This document shows, piece after piece, positions 12,701 through 27,094 of a stretch of DNA of 64,000 nucleotides (position 1 is its first letter; every line of letters starts with the position of its first letter). A program made the translations under genes and the position numbers. The stretch comes from Eledone cirrhosa (Eukaryota), in contig OZ024740.1 of assembly GCA_964016885.1 (NCBI GenBank), positions 173,476,001 to 173,540,000 of the forward strand, read 5' to 3'. Below the pieces are notes generated by a model, which was not told the origin of the DNA, did not search any database, and saw nothing but the letters and a program-made list of their open reading frames with translations.

Positions 12701-15129
12701 AATGCCATATCAGACACAAGGTAATATCATAGAAAGCCGGTAGCATGCCACTGAAACTGCTTTTTTGGTGAAGGTATATTATTCCAGTATTCTTACTAAA
12801 GTCCAAGAAAACAATAAGGAAAGTCATGTATTTCAGGTAAAATATAGTATTCTGAAGCACTGAGCACTTCCATCGATGATTAACTGGGTGTCATCCACTG
12901 CCTATTTAGTGTAACAGTGCTTACCTAAGATTTAATAAAATAATCATAGACCTTTACTATGCAGGTAGAATTATTTTTTTAGTTCATTCTATGCTGACCT
13001 GCAGATCATGATAGAAAACCTCTTTAAAATCTTTAAGGCAAGTTAGTTTGAAAGTCAAATACAGTTAAAACAAACAGCTTATCAGTTCTATTTACAAGTA
13101 GGAAAATAGAAGAGTTTGTTTACTTCTGCTCTTTCTTTATCCAACAACTGAATAATTCAAGATTAAGATTTAGAGATACATTAAAGTAGTTTGTACTATC
13201 ATGATGAGATTGATATTTGGCCTATGATCTTGAGGTGAAATGAAGTTCTGTACAAAGATTCCCATGTCCCAGGCACAATGGCTATAAAATATCACAATTA
13301 ACTGAGGACCTCCATTATCTAAAAGTATTTGACAACTGGGGTCTGAGAAGAAACCACATAAATCTGATAATCTTCAAATTGGGTCTGACCTAGTATCAGA
13401 GAATAAAAGATTAAGACTATTCAGGATACAGGTTCAAATGAAGTGGTTACTTAAATCTACCAGTTGAATGATGATGCAAGCCAATAAGACCTCACAAACC
13501 CCAATTCTATTATGGAGAAAGTATTTATTTTCATACTGCCTTGCTAGTTATACAATATGTCCACACAAATAGTCAGCAGATATTAAATCTCTCACAGGGT
13601 TTTAAGGTGCATATAAAAAAACTTCCAAGATAGCCTATTAAAGAAGCACAAAGTGACATATGAATATTGGAGCACTTAGAGTAAAGCAAAAAAAAATTGT
13701 GAAAATACATACTTGAACAAATAAAATCTGACATACATACAAAGATATTGCACATACACAGCCATTGTGTATCTTTCCTATCTGACTACATATCAGAGTA
13801 ATATTGATTTGGCTACAAAACTTGCAGCACGTTACACATCAAAGAATAAGGTTTTTACTATCAGTAGGAATTATCACCAACAGAACATTAATAACTACCA
13901 TGTGGTAATGAACAGTTTGCTACACATGAAATCCCTTGAAGGGAAGCAAAATAACAATCCCAGTAAATACTGAACCAATGTTATGGGAACTATAGAAAAT
14001 TTGATATCAATGATTTTTTTTTATGTTTTATAATACATTAAATCACCCACAAAGAGACAATGTTCGAAAAGCCGTCCATCATATTTGAACTCCAAAATAT
14101 TGACCAAGAGAAACTCTAAAAATAAAATGTTTGTTATTACTATATTTATCCAAAATGGCTTGCCTTTAGTAGAAAAAAAAAACAATATTGATTCTGACAG
14201 GAAAACTGAAATATATTTTATCAGAGTTCCATTAGAAGCTAAAAACTCAATGAAAGAAATATATATACTGATGGTAGAAAACAAAAGAGCCTACTTCTAG
14301 TTATCTGCGCATGTGCACACACATGCACACACACACACTTTAATGCATAATTGTAAAGGTTGCAAAAGAGTTTTTAACTCATTGTTCAAGTTGTGATAGA
14401 AGAAAAGTCAATGCAAAAAGATTGTTAAACATAGGATTTAGTAAATCAATACAAAAATAATGTCTAACAACTAAGCTAAAATATGATAAAAAGTATTAAA
14501 CCAATAACAACGTACCTTAGCAGCACTATAAAGAAAATTGTAGTTTACCTGTTAGCAATAAAAATTTCATTACTTTCTTCCTTTCTTGCATAATCATGCT
14601 GGTTTCTTTGTCAAGCAGTATATGCTTGTCATGGAAAGATTGTGGAAGAATATGAATGTGATTTTCCATTGCCTTCCTTTGAGTATTTTTTACTAGAAAT
14701 TATCTTGGAGACAGTCAAATTCGCTATACCTACCTAAGCACTCAGAATGTCAAGAACCAGAACAAACCTCGCAGAGCATTTTGTTCAACACTAACAATTT
14801 CCCTGATACTCTAGTTTATCAACCCTGGAAAGGTGAAAAATAAAGTTGTCCACAGCGTCATTTGAACTCAGAATGTAAATAGGGAAAATGAATACTTCAA
14901 TATCATCCTGCTAATTTACCACCTTTAAAAATATTTATATGCCCATACCAAAAAAAAAAAAGGAGATTGCATACGTTTTGTACACAAAGTATAATCATAT
15001 ATTATGGTATATGTTAGTCAAAGGAAAGATGGTCAATGCCAATGACTTTTGCAGGCTATACCCAGCTGGTGCAAGTAAACTAATGTACTTGATATCCACC
15101 ATGAACATTGTAGGTCAATATTTCTAACA

Positions 15130-17710
15130 AAAGCATGAAGTTTTAGTGGACTGCAATTTAGAGAAAGAAAGACTACACAAAGTATTCTATGTGAGGTTAG
15201 GAGATAAGATAAATTGTGATTGACAGGATTAGGAGAGACATGTGGGTCGACTTGACTTATGCGGAGAGGGTATACAATTAGCTAGTTCAAAAGAGTATTG
15301 AGCCTTGCAGTAGTTGTAAGCTTTATAATGTCAAGTGGAATAACAATGTTCACCAAACTTCTCATTAGCAAGAAACCACTGGTTATTGACATATAAAAGT
15401 TTACAGTAGACTTGCTTCTATGGAAACTATATGGGTAATCATTTTGAAGAAGGACAGATTCAATGATGAAGTGAGGGGAGTGTTTATAACGGTTTTCCTC
15501 ACATTTGTGATGTTTTAAATGAAAGCAATAGATCAGTATCCAGCAAGATAAGAGAGCTTGCCTATTTTGAGATTGGGATACATTTTAGCATGTTTCCAAA
15601 GATTGAAAAATTTAGTGAAGGTAGGAGCGGGAATTCATTATTTGAGAGTAATAAAGGATACTGTTGGATCAGATCACCTTGTTGGGTTGGAATAATCAAA
15701 GATGTTGCACTTGACTGTGTGTTTGTTGTAGCACAACTGATAGAAAGGGAAAGGAGAGTTGGAAAGAGACACTGTTGACAGAAAATGTGGAGATTTTTTT
15801 CAGTGGGAGTCCTATAAACAGAGCCATCTTGGTTGTGAAGGAGTAGGTAGAATGATTCCAAAATGTTGATAGAGTACATATTGGCAAGGAACCAGAAGCA
15901 ATTCCATAGATAGAAAAGCTTATAGATTGTAATCTTTATGTTTCTGATGGTGACCTTGCAGTTAATAATGGTGGGTGTCTTTTCTGAGTATTGTAGGCAG
16001 TATTCTTTGCTCATACAGCTGCAACACAGTTGTGTAATAACCTCTTCAGATCGTGTTTTGGCTGTGAAGAGATATGGCTAAGAAGATGGTTTCAGTCACT
16101 CACTTAGCTGTCTCATACGGATTAAAATTGAAACACATTTGATGCTAAGGATAATTGGCATAAAAATGGTAAAGCTCCAACCAGTTAGCTAATTTGAAGT
16201 ACCAGAAAATTTTAGGTGGGAGTGCTGTGTAGTAAAAAGTTGTGAGATGTGTTGCCTTGATTAGACAGTGCTTTGATGATCAAATAGATACAGTGTCAGT
16301 GACTGCTGGGGTTTGAAAGTAAGGAACAAATCAAACATATTTGGTGTGTCAGGTAGTTTATCAGGGTTAGTGGGGACTAAATGGTGTAGACTACTGGGAA
16401 TGGCAAACAACTCACTTTCTGCAGCTACAGATCAGTGTGAAAGAATTTGAAAGCCAAGAGGAGTTCAGTACATTGAAGTCACTTAGGTGGATTACTCCAG
16501 AAGGCCAACAAGAGAACCTTTCTATTTGGTCACTTGATCTGCTAGAAATAACATACAAATTCCCTTAACATCTTAAAAACAGAAGGACACATTATAGAAG
16601 GTAAGCCTAAATATAGAATAGCTGAAAAAAAGATGAATGGTCATAGGTGTAAAGCATTTGATCATATGTTTATTTATCTGGGCTAAGAGTTAAGCAGGAA
16701 GTTCACAGACAAGTGAAGTGAGAAAGATCTGTGGTGAGATCGAATTCTTCAATTTAGGGATTGGGATAGTCAAATAGCTGGTGGTCATTGGGAGAGATTT
16801 GGGAAAGAAAAAGGCAAAACGTGAATTTAGAAGAATAGAGAAAAGAGATTTCGAACTGGAGAAACTGGAAACCATTATTGCTGAAATCCAACTGAGAGAA
16901 GTAAGTAATGCAGAGAATGGATTTTATATTTGTTTAGGCAGCTCCTTTTGGAGCATTGACAAAGCACAAGTGTAGCCATGACTAGAGATAGAAAGTGTGT
17001 TAATAAAACATTAGCTGGTGTGGAACTAATCTCTATACAGTTGTCCCCCAGTATTTGTGGGGGTTTCATTCCTAGAGCACCCGCGAAGAGTGAAAAACCG
17101 CAAATATTGGACGTGGTCCATAAAAATGTCAAAACACACATAATGTAAAATATAGGCCAGCAAATACGGTATATTGTTATTAATAATTTAGTATTAAAAA
17201 GCATGAAAATATATATATTGCCACGAAAAAAAAAAAAAAAAAAAAAAAATCGCAAAAGATATTTATGATTCTGCGAATATGCTGTGTTTTCCACAAACAA
17301 TTATTAGTTAGGTTCTAAGGAAAATTCCATGAATAACCATCATTCCATGAATGCCGGGCATACAATGTAGTATAATGCATGTGTGATGTTAGCTCATGTA
17401 AATATGTTGATATATTTAATAATTATTGAAGGCAGCAGACATATACAGGATAGAGGACTATGAATGTATAAGACAACCTGAGTAAAGAAGTGCTATCAGT
17501 TTGATATGATTTTTATTTGAGGAGGGGAGGGGGGTCCAGTAGATCTGACTTTAAGGAAGCCATACTGGTGATCACTAATAAGTATTTAGTGTTGGAGAAG
17601 GTACTTGTTGATGACTATCTGTCTTCTTTTTTTTTTGGCGTGGGGGGTCTGGAGAAAAGGTTTGTCTCCATGGCTTTGGCTGGTCCTCTGAGAATTTGGT
17701 GTGGCTAAAG
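15130..17710 (-). mobile_element. Decayed CR1/L2-group LINE, interrupted by a SINE segment and a MITE
   Basis: PDKLPDTPNMFDLFL near 16320-16370 resembles the PTRIPD..PNILDLFLT APE motif; purine-rich plus strand throughout; C-terminal-like remnants near 15170-15330. Confidence 0.55.
17038..17367. mobile_element. pogo/Tigger-like MITE
   Basis: TA|CAGTTGTCCCCCAGTATTTGTGGGG start, repeated CGCGAA/CGCAAA motifs, degenerate right end ..GGGCATACAATG|TA. Confidence 0.6.
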
Positions 17711-18214
17711 TTCATTTTAACTATTTGCAAGTCACCAGATGAAGAAAAAAACACATGCAGAAAAAAAGAGAGAGAAACAGTGACAGGGGACAGAGATAAT
17801 TTGCAATGAAAAAAAAAAAAAAGAGATAAACTGTTTTACATGTTTTATATACAGGTGAATTCAACAACACTTAGAAGTTGTTATAAGCAGCAGTAAAACA
17901 TACTTCATATTTGGTTGTCCCCCTAATGGCAAATACCTAAATTCTGAAGTGGAAATTGTGTGTAGTGTCAGCTGTGTATGTTCACATAGGCAAGTAGAGA
18001 AAAACACAATGTGAAAATAGAATGCAATACTAGTTTAAATTTATATACACCTGATTAACAAACCAGTATTTTAACCATACAGGGGTTGTTTTGTTTTTTT
18101 AACAATATTCTCAGTTAAAGAGACAATTCAGCTCAACAAATAATATTATAAATAAAAAGTACTAAGAAACCATTAAGTAGAAAATGGCTATATCACTGCA
18201 ACTGAGAAGGTAAT

Positions 18215-18393
18215 ATTGGTAGTATCGGTAGAGGGTCGGACGCCATGCTTTGCAGCACAGTTACGTCCCTTTACGGACTGAGTTCAAATCCCGCCGAGGT
18301 TAACTTTGCCTTTCATCCTTACGGGGTCGATAAAATAAAGTACCAGTAATGTACTGGGTAATTGCTGGCCTTGTGCCAAAAGTAGAAACAATT
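18215..18393 (+). mobile_element. Young tRNA-derived SINE, about 180 bp
   Basis: A box TGGTAGTATCGGTA, B box GAGTTCAAATCCC, body GCCTTTCATCCTTACGGGGTCGATAAAATAAAGTACCAG; closely similar copies at 27095, 38366 and 57365. Confidence 0.9.
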
Positions 18394-19379
18394 ATATAAA
18401 TTTCTATAAGGTGTCCCTTGGTAAGGCAACGCTTACATGTTTGTATCATGATCTAAAATATATTTCAATGGAAAAAAGCTATCATGTGAGAGTGGAATCC
18501 AACCTAAGTACAATCTATATCCTATCCAACAACATATACAATATGTATCAAGCTATTAATTATAACAGACTGGGGAATTTCTAACTAATATACACACCAC
18601 ATGCTAGAGTATTTCATAAAATTGTATATGTAAAAGAGAAGGGAAGGGGAAAGGGAGAGACTACTTGTATAAACCTGTTTAGATAACCAGTTACCATAGG
18701 AATAAATCATGCCTTAATGATTTAAAAGTGTAATGTTTCATCTTATTACAATGACAATAGTAAACACACTGCTCAATATACAATGGGAGACTCAGCATCG
18801 AAAATAGGCATCTTTATATTTTTTTCTGAGTTTTATTGGAGGTGTTTGACATATTTTGTACTATTCCATCCATTTTTATGGACTAGTCAGCAGTAGAGGG
18901 GCAGTTTCAATGACATTTACAGGTCCTCCTAAACTGATATGATTAATGTAGCTGCTGTTCAGTTTGAATATCTGTAAGCTGATGTCTGTATTTAATGCAG
19001 AACATAGAAGATAAAACACAAAAAAAGTGACAAAAATAGAAGGTGGAGAACAGACCATTGCAATAGTGATAGAAAATAGAGACAAAGAAAAGAAACAGTA
19101 TGTATGTGTGCTAAAACATGTGGTTTGTTGGCAAGCGAATTTTGCCAATAAATCAAATGGCCTAACATTTCTCTAGTCCATCTGGTTGAGAAGAGCAATT
19201 GCTGTATTATCAGTAGTGACCTCCAAGAGTAGCATCGATATCCTGAGAAGAAAACCATACAAAGGATTGCAAAACTTTAAGAAGATCTAGCACATAAAAG
19301 AGACACTTGTTATACCCCTGTCTTATGGAATATGGTACTGAAAAAATCCATCTGATTAAAAAAGAAAAAAAAAATCAGT

Positions 19380-19725
19380 CATCGGCTAACTTAGATGTCA
19401 GTTGATCATCCAAGTAAGGCCACATCCACCTTTTCTAAAGTTGTCTGAAAGGTATGCTACTAACTGCTTCAGAGGGGCACTGGCCATTATAGTACTGGTA
19501 GAAGAATTTGGGAGAGGTAACCTTAATTCTCTGAGTTATTGGTAGCAGCATGTCAGTGAGTAAATCTTTGCCAATAAGTCGGATGACCTTTTAATGGTGT
19601 TTATTGGAGCAATTCTTTACTGTGAATCTCACTTGAGCTTTGAAGAAAGTCAACAACTGATTAAGACTGAAGTATTTCCTGCTCTTAAGCCCAATATTAG
19701 GTATGCAATTTTGACAAGGTTTGTC
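19380..19725 (-). mobile_element. CR1-like LINE 3' fragment
   Basis: Minus strand KSRKYFSLNQLLTFFKAQVR..KVIRLIG..FFYQYYNGQCPSE, typical of the post-RT region of CR1-group ORF2. Confidence 0.65.
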
Positions 19726-19845
19726 CCAAAAGAAATGAAAATACATAAAATAATACAATAAAGTACAACTTGCCTATATGGGTTTCTGATTTACAATCCT
19801 TGAGTTCAAATCCCACCATTATTTTATTATATCAGGGGTTGATTA

Positions 19846-19916
19846 AATCTGTACTAATATCATATACCAAATCTGTACTAGTATCATATACCAAATATAT
19901 ACTAGTATATTATACC
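19846..19916. repeat. 24-bp tandem repeat x3
   Basis: AAATCTGTACTA(A/G)TATCATATACC, third copy degenerate. Confidence 0.8.
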
Positions 19917-20510
19917 TGATTATGTTTGGTGTACTGGTTGACCTGAAACAAACTTGCAGTTGTTCCCATGATAATTAAAACTGACAGGTACTCTGACAAG
20001 AAAGTTTAGATCTAAAAATTGATATTGATAAACTGAAAAAGAAAGTAATTAATCCATTTGAAAATAACATGAATTGCTTACCCTTGTAAATGTTAATATA
20101 ACCTAAATTCTAAAATGTCATCAAAAACAGGTTAAATTCCAATTAAAAATAATGATAAACTTAATTCTGCTGATAGTTATCTCTAAATGAATACAATATA
20201 AGTGCCATATTTTTTATATAGTGCAGGTTTATATGTGAAATTTAGTTTTCAAAATCTACAGCAAATAAACATAAATTCCATTTGGAATCAATGTATATTC
20301 CTATAATGCATCATCATAATTTAATGTCTGCTTTTCCTGCTAACAAGGGTTGGATGGCATCCTACATGTAAAAGAAATTATAATAAAAAGTACAATTTAT
20401 ACTCCTATTTTTAACTAAGTTATAACATTTTTAAAATAAACAAAACATTAGCCCAAGCTATGAAAAGTAAATGATGTGATTACACCATAGGTTTTATCTC
20501 TTTGTGTAAT

Positions 20511-20556
20511 CAATCTGACTAATTTCTAGTCTGTAGACCTTCATCAGAGAAAGAAT
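20511..20556 (-). ncRNA. Minimal type I hammerhead-like motif
   Basis: tct CTGATGA aggtctacagacta GAAA ttag TC aga. Confidence 0.6.
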
Positions 20557-20991
20557 ACCTATCGGCTGTCCAAAGAGAGATTACAAACTTATAATCATTT
20601 AGAATATATAAAAAAAATTTGACACAGCTAAACAGGTGAGTTAGCATAACAGTGCTTGCACTGACAATGTGGACTAATCAATTCATTCATAATGTACTCT
20701 CAACATTCCTGGATAATTTGAAATATAAGGTAAATCTGTTTTAATAAACACATAATTTTAGCAGATTCAGACATAAAACCTGAATTTAACTACTATATTT
20801 ACTTTTCACAGCAAGGCTGTGCTTATTTTAAAAAGATACCTTACATTTCAAATTATCCAAAAACACTGTATAACTAACTTAGCCACATTGTCAGCATATG
20901 CATACTTTATGCAAATTAGTCAGATCAGTATAGTTTAGACCTACTTCATATACACTATAAATAGCTATAAACTCTGAGGACAGAAGATGTG

Positions 20992-21036
20992 TATTCTTTT
21001 TCTGATGAAAGTCTAAGATTAGAAACTAATCAAAAC
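20992..21036 (+). ncRNA. Minimal type I hammerhead-like motif, degenerate
   Basis: tttt CTGATGA aagtctaagatta GAAA ctaa TC aaaa. Confidence 0.55.
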
Positions 21037-21139
21037 AATTCCACTTTATCTACCAACAAAGAGAGGGAACCTGAAGAGTAACCACTGTTTACTTTTTCAC
21101 AGCAATGTCAAAACAGTATGTTTATTAAAAATGTGTGAA

Positions 21140-21467
21140 TGGCAACCTCTCTAGTGTTGGTGAACTATACAATAAATGCATCCAGTACACACTGTAATGC
21201 AGTTGGTGATAGGTAAGGCATAGAAAACTTACCAAACAAAGGGTTAGGAAGACTTATATGCTAGTGTCATGCTAAAATGCACAGAGTAAAGCACAGAAAA
21301 GTATGTGTGTTGCAGGCTGGTGGTCAGTCTGAGCATTTGGTAGAGTATAGAAACAAGTGTAAGTGAAATGTTGATCCCCAACCAATCCAAGGGGTCAGTA
21401 CCAACCCGGTCTGTTAATGACATCCAACCCTTGCTAGCAGGGAAAGCAGATGTTAAATAATGATGAT
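21140..21467 (+). mobile_element. Non-autonomous RTE-tailed short element
   Basis: GGCAACCTCTCTAGTGTTG..CAGTACACACTGTAA..CCAACCCTTGCTAGCAGGGAAAGCAGATGTTAAATAATGATGA; similar to 34853-35140. Confidence 0.75.
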
Positions 21468-21679
21468 ACCCAAAATTTCAAATCACCCAAATAAAAATTT
21501 GTGCAGTGCACTATGTATACATTACTCCCATTTTTGGTTTGAATTGTTTTTACTCACCTCAATGTCAAGAAACCTACCATGGAAAAACAAAAGACTTTTT
21601 TCGTGTCATCTTTTTTTTTTTTATTAGCCATAGTTCTTAACTTATTAGGACACAACTTCCTCTTTGCAAATATGGAGCA

Positions 21680-22100
21680 TACATCTTCACACACAACCTC
21701 CTTTTTTTACAAATAGGTAGCAGGGTTACAGTTATACATGCACCTTCCCATTTTGTATACAGTAGAGGGTGGAGATACACCTTCACAACATAACCTCCTT
21801 CTTTGCATGCTAAGGGACTACACCTTCACACACAACCCTTCTCTTTACATGCTGTTGGGGTAGATCTTTACACACAACCTCCCTCTTTGCTTGTAGGTAT
21901 ACCTTCACACACAACCTCACTCAATGTAGATATGTCTTCACACACAACCTCTCTTTTTCAATGTAGGCACAGCTTCACACAAACCCTTTCTTTCAATGTA
22001 GGTACACCTTCACACGCAACCTTTCTTTCAGTGTAGATACACCTTCACACATATCTCTTCTCTATTAATCTAAGTACACCTTCACACACAAGTTTCCTCT
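21680..22100. repeat. Degenerate minisatellite, units of about 30-40 bp
   Basis: Repeated ACCTTCACACACAACC..AATGTAG. Confidence 0.75.
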
Positions 22101-22555
22101 TTGCTGGCTGTCAGGGCTTTAGAATAATGTAATAGTAAAGGGAATGCAATGTAGTTATCAGCACTACCTCCTCTAATAATCCCTACTTCCTCAAATAAAG
22201 ATTGTACAAGTAAAGAAATTTGACAAGCCCTTCCCCAACTCTTTCTCCACTTCTTCAAACAAACAAATAAATAAGTGAGAAAGAAATATCAAATTAGAAG
22301 CAAAGAGCATTACAAACACTTGACATGTAAATAATTTTTTATGGGGAGCATTTATTGATTGATGATAGTTGTAGATCTGTAGTTACCTTTCTATATAATA
22401 AAACTAAATCAACCAGCAAATATTCTGTTGGTGTTAAAAATCAGAATTATATTTACTCAAATAAACAGACATTAAATGATGACATGCTTTTTTTTCTTTT
22501 TCCATTATCTTGCTCATACAGTGCATAATTTATCTACATATGATATATAGTATGA

Positions 22556-23113
22556 CTAGCAGATGTACGCGGCATTGCTCGGGAAATGAATGACAGCCTG
22601 TTTGTCCGTATAAAGAGAGCCAAAGGTTGAGCAAAGAATTGAAATGTAATTGTAAAAAAAAGTTTAACAAAATGGGTGTACAGTGACATGATTGAGTGAA
22701 ATAAACGGCAACATAAAAACAATTCATGGGGTAGCTTGAGTTAATTGACGTGAATGATTTCAGGTCCGGCCTTGCTGTAGTAGGTATGAGTAAGGGGATA
22801 AAGATGGAATAGACGCACCGTATGTCCTTCAGTAGACTAAACCCTATGCCACTACCACGTTGACCATCCACTGGACATAGAAATATCATTCCTTGAAGCA
22901 AATCGGCCTAGTACTTCAAAAGTTAAAAGGAGATACACACACAAAATCGATTTTTTGGCCCCAATATTTGTTTTTGTCCAAAACCTGCTCTGGCATATAA
23001 GCAACATGTGTGCCAAATTTGGTTGAAATCGGCCTAGTACTTCAAAAGTTAAAAGGAGCCTAGTATTTGCACACACACACACACACACACAGAGTTGCTT
23101 TTATATATATAGA
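22556..23113 (-). mobile_element. Non-autonomous Helitron
   Basis: Minus strand A|TCTATATATATAAAAG.. start, GC-rich subterminal CCCGAGCAATGCCGCG and CTAG|T end; inserted between A and T with no TSD; internal (CA)n and a 33-bp duplication at 22900 and 23026. Confidence 0.8.
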
Positions 23114-26100
23114 TGTTTTCTATATCTGATTTCACATTAAAATTCAGACAAACAGAGCATTCTAATGCAGTGGCATTTTTGATGTGTTAACTCAGCAAAT
23201 AAATGTTTGCTGTTTTGTCTTGTTTGAAATGAAATTAGGTAGATATAAAAAAAAAAAAATAGTTTTTAAAAGAAATAAGATTATAATATCAGTATATCAT
23301 ATCATTATTAGTGTAAACTTTACATTCAATAAGTAAGTAATTCAGTATTTGATTTAAGAAATGTATTGGTATATCACAGTGTTGACCCAACAGTTTTCGA
23401 AACAGGGATAAAATATAAAGCAGCCAGAAGTATTCAGCAAACTGAAAAAGCATTGCTGATCTAAGCAGTTATATTTTTAATGTTGCAATAGAAGAAATAG
23501 AAGTTAAACTTAGTGGGTGGAAAAGGAAAGGAGAAAGTGCCGAATTGGTATTAATAGTTTATAATAGCGAGATGAGAGATAGAGAGACGAGAAGAAAAAA
23601 GAAAGAATGCAAAACTTTGAATAAACAAGTATAAAATATCAACCTGAATTGCTAACACAGTATAAAACTAAAAATATTCCTGAGCAAACTAAAATTTTGA
23701 AAACGTCATTCTAACAGAGAAAAAATTAGTGTGCTCAGCAGAATTATGAAACTTAAAATCAAAAGCAAAACAGAATGGTCCACCATTTTACTTTCAAAGT
23801 TACTACACTACAGATTATTAAAAAATCTTATAAAAATGTTCACACATACAGAGTTCAACTCAAGGGTTTAACTTCATTGACCAGTAATATAATTGCTCAT
23901 TCAGAGTAGGTCAAATCTTCAATAAAATGTTGAAGTATAAAAAAATGAACCCCATAATCCATAGAGCAGAGATTTCTTATCAGCACTACAAGCAAACAAA
24001 ACTCTCATAGATAATAAAGAGCAGCTGCTGGTTATAGTGTTAAGTTGGTCAATCCATGCTACCTATTTGACTGAGCTATTTAATAATTAAATATCTTTGT
24101 CATGGCAACAGTTTGTAAACTGTTACTGAAAATTGGGTAACTTTTTCTTTGGTCAGTAGACTGACATGTATCGGTTAAATTATCTAAGTATATGTGCCAG
24201 ATTCATCTCTTGAATGAGCTGGGATGCATCATCATTGATGTGACCTGGCGGCATTGGATGTTTCAGGTCTTTCTACATTAGACACTCTTAACCAGGCAGT
24301 CCCGTCTTGGTTGATCAGGCCATGGCTTACACCCCAGCAACAACCAGCCACAGATCAACCCCTTTAATTCAAAGCCAACTGGTGTTTTTTACAGTGCAGC
24401 TTTGCTCATAAATTGAATGATGGTCCTCTTTGCTTTCTTTATAAAGCATAATTAGGTGAGGACTTTGCAGGATTACTTCTTGCAAGACCTCCACAGTCCA
24501 CCTGTATGAGCTCACAGTTTATCTTCTAGCTTCTATCCTAGAACTTCTCCACTATTTCCTGGTATTTAGCACAATTCCTCTCATTGGTTTGTTCAATATG
24601 CTCTTCTCAAAGCATTCTAAGGTTTAGCACGGTCAAATGTTTTGTTACAATTTACATATTAAATTTCTACACATTGTTAAAAATCATTGAAAATATACTC
24701 TTCAGGAAGAAACAGAGGATAATTCATATATATTAATATTAGCTGAGTTGTAGTGGTTCCAGACTTCAAACACAAATGATAGTGTTTAAATATAACAAGC
24801 TAGAACAATAATTAAGTTTTCATATTCAATTAGATATGTTTCTTACAGTACATCAATTCAGAAACACAAAGTAAGAAAATACAATGAAAAAATTACTCTA
24901 AAAATGTAATTAAGCATATAGTAAACTAACCTAAGCAAAATTTATATTGAAAATCTAAATGGGTGAGAGTGGAGATAACTTTTTTTGTTTTTTGTTTTAT
25001 AACAAAGTTAAATTATACCAGTTGTATAATTAAACACAAATACATGGAGACAAGATCATTCATCCCTTCTGCAAACGATTTTATGATTTAAAGATATGAT
25101 GTAGAAGCTTTTGTCTCTATTTCAAATTAAAACCAATCATCCCTCTAGAGGCAATAAAGAAGTACCAGTAATACACCCAGGGTTGCTAGAGTAAGTTACA
25201 AGTAGTGAATTATGTTACTTTTCATGACTGCATGCAACTATTTGGCAAGAAAAGGAGTGATACTGCTTACAACTGTAAAATGTTGATTTTTAAAGGTAAG
25301 AATGTTACTGAATATCATATTAAATCATAAACAAATTAAATTAGATTTGACCTACAAGCAATTTACTACTATAATTGCATTTTGAGCTACTTCCTAACAA
25401 AATCCATTACATTTTGACAATTTTCTGCTACTTCTTATGAAATTGATCTGACAACCCAGAACTGACAACCCAGAACTGATTGTACTAAACAAAAAAAAAA
25501 CTTAGCCATGTGCTTAATCAAAGGAAGTTATTATATTCTTGACTGGCAAAAAGAATAGAGCACTTCATAGTATACAATTTTGTTTTTCTATGTTCTAAGA
25601 TCAAAACCTCTAAGAGCCAAATTTGCCTTTAATTTTTCTGGATCAATAAAATAAATTCTAATCATATACTAGTGGTGATTTAACTAACTGTATTCTTCCT
25701 ATAAAACATTTGTGGCTTCCAAACAATAAAAGCAATTATATTTATTCCTTTCACTATTATTATTGACTAGGATGGTAGATAGGCAAATTTGTTAGAGAAG
25801 TATTTGTACCAGCTCTTTAATCCTAATTTCAAATGGTCAACTTTTCCTTTCATCCTTCTAAGATCAATAAATAAAGTACTAGTCAAGTACTTCATTTAGT
25901 CTGCTAACCCCTGCCTATGTTATAAACCATTGTGATTATTACTGACTGAAAAGAAACCAACAACCTCTAGTCTAATCATTTATTTACCTACCAACGTTAG
26001 TTTCTATCATTCTTAGCAGAATCTCGCATTTCTTAAAACATTATTTGCAGAGGATATGAGAAAAACTCAATTTCTGCAGCTGACAGAAGCCTCATCAATA

Positions 26101-27094
26101 ATAATTATTACATTAATATTACCCCATATATAATTTATTATCAAGTTTCATCTTAAAATTTTGGCTGTTTCATCAAGCACTAAATGTAACAACCATAACT
26201 AAACTGAGATGGGATTTTAAGCTGCAAGAAGCTTAAAACTACAAGTAAATGAAACCTGTGAGCATATCAATGTGTTCTTTATCAAGAAGAAATGATTGAG
26301 TCAGATTCGAATCTCACCAAGTAATGAATTGATTTTATTTAAAAGCTCATTTTAAAATAAAAAGCAGAACAAAACAAGACAAACAATGGATTCTAAAAGA
26401 AAGCCAGAAGATATATACACTGGCAAATTAGAGCCATGAGACACAAACACAAATATAAGCAAATGGGACACATGAGGCACACATAGAAGCAAAGTAAAGA
26501 ACGGATACACACCAGACCCACACAGAAGCAAATGGGAGCTAGAAGACAAACACATAAATACACAGAAGTGAATGGAAGCCAGGAGATGCATACAGGTAAA
26601 TGTAAGGTAGAAATACACAGTCAATGACAGAGATATGATTCTAAGGTGACAGCTAAAAAGGAATAAAAAGAACAGGAGACAACCTCTTGAATGAGGGCAA
26701 GGTATATTGAGTGTAGTTTGACAAAAAAAAAAGCCTATCTAGAACCTGCAGCATAAATTTGAAGGAAAAAAGTTCATTTTCTATTTATATATATATCTAT
26801 ATCTAGATATATATCTATATCTATAAATATATCATCATCATTTTTACTTCTGCTTTTCCATACTTGCATGGGTTGGACATATATATATATATATATATAC
26901 CCACTCTGCATCTCACCATGCATTAAGTACTCCCATGATTAATGGTCTACTCAGTCCCAGCACTGCAGACTATACATCTCTCTCTATATATATCATCATT
27001 TTTATGGCGCTTTTCTACGCTTGTATGAGCTGGACATACACCTACTTACATCTCTCTCTCTCTCTCATATGTGTATATATATATATAAAATAAT

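Larger units (their letters stand above)
20425..21134. mobile_element. Head-to-head inverted pair of about 300-bp hammerhead-containing repeats (Penelope pLTR or retrozyme-like)
   Basis: 20425-20752 is a degenerate reverse complement of 20818-21134 (GGATAATTTGAAATATAAGGTA vs TACCTTACATTTCAAATTATCC; CTGACAATGTGG vs CCACATTGTCAG). Confidence 0.7.

Noticed and set aside
18215-18300. tRNA gene
   Set aside because: A/B boxes belong to a SINE head; no cloverleaf, and it continues into the shared body
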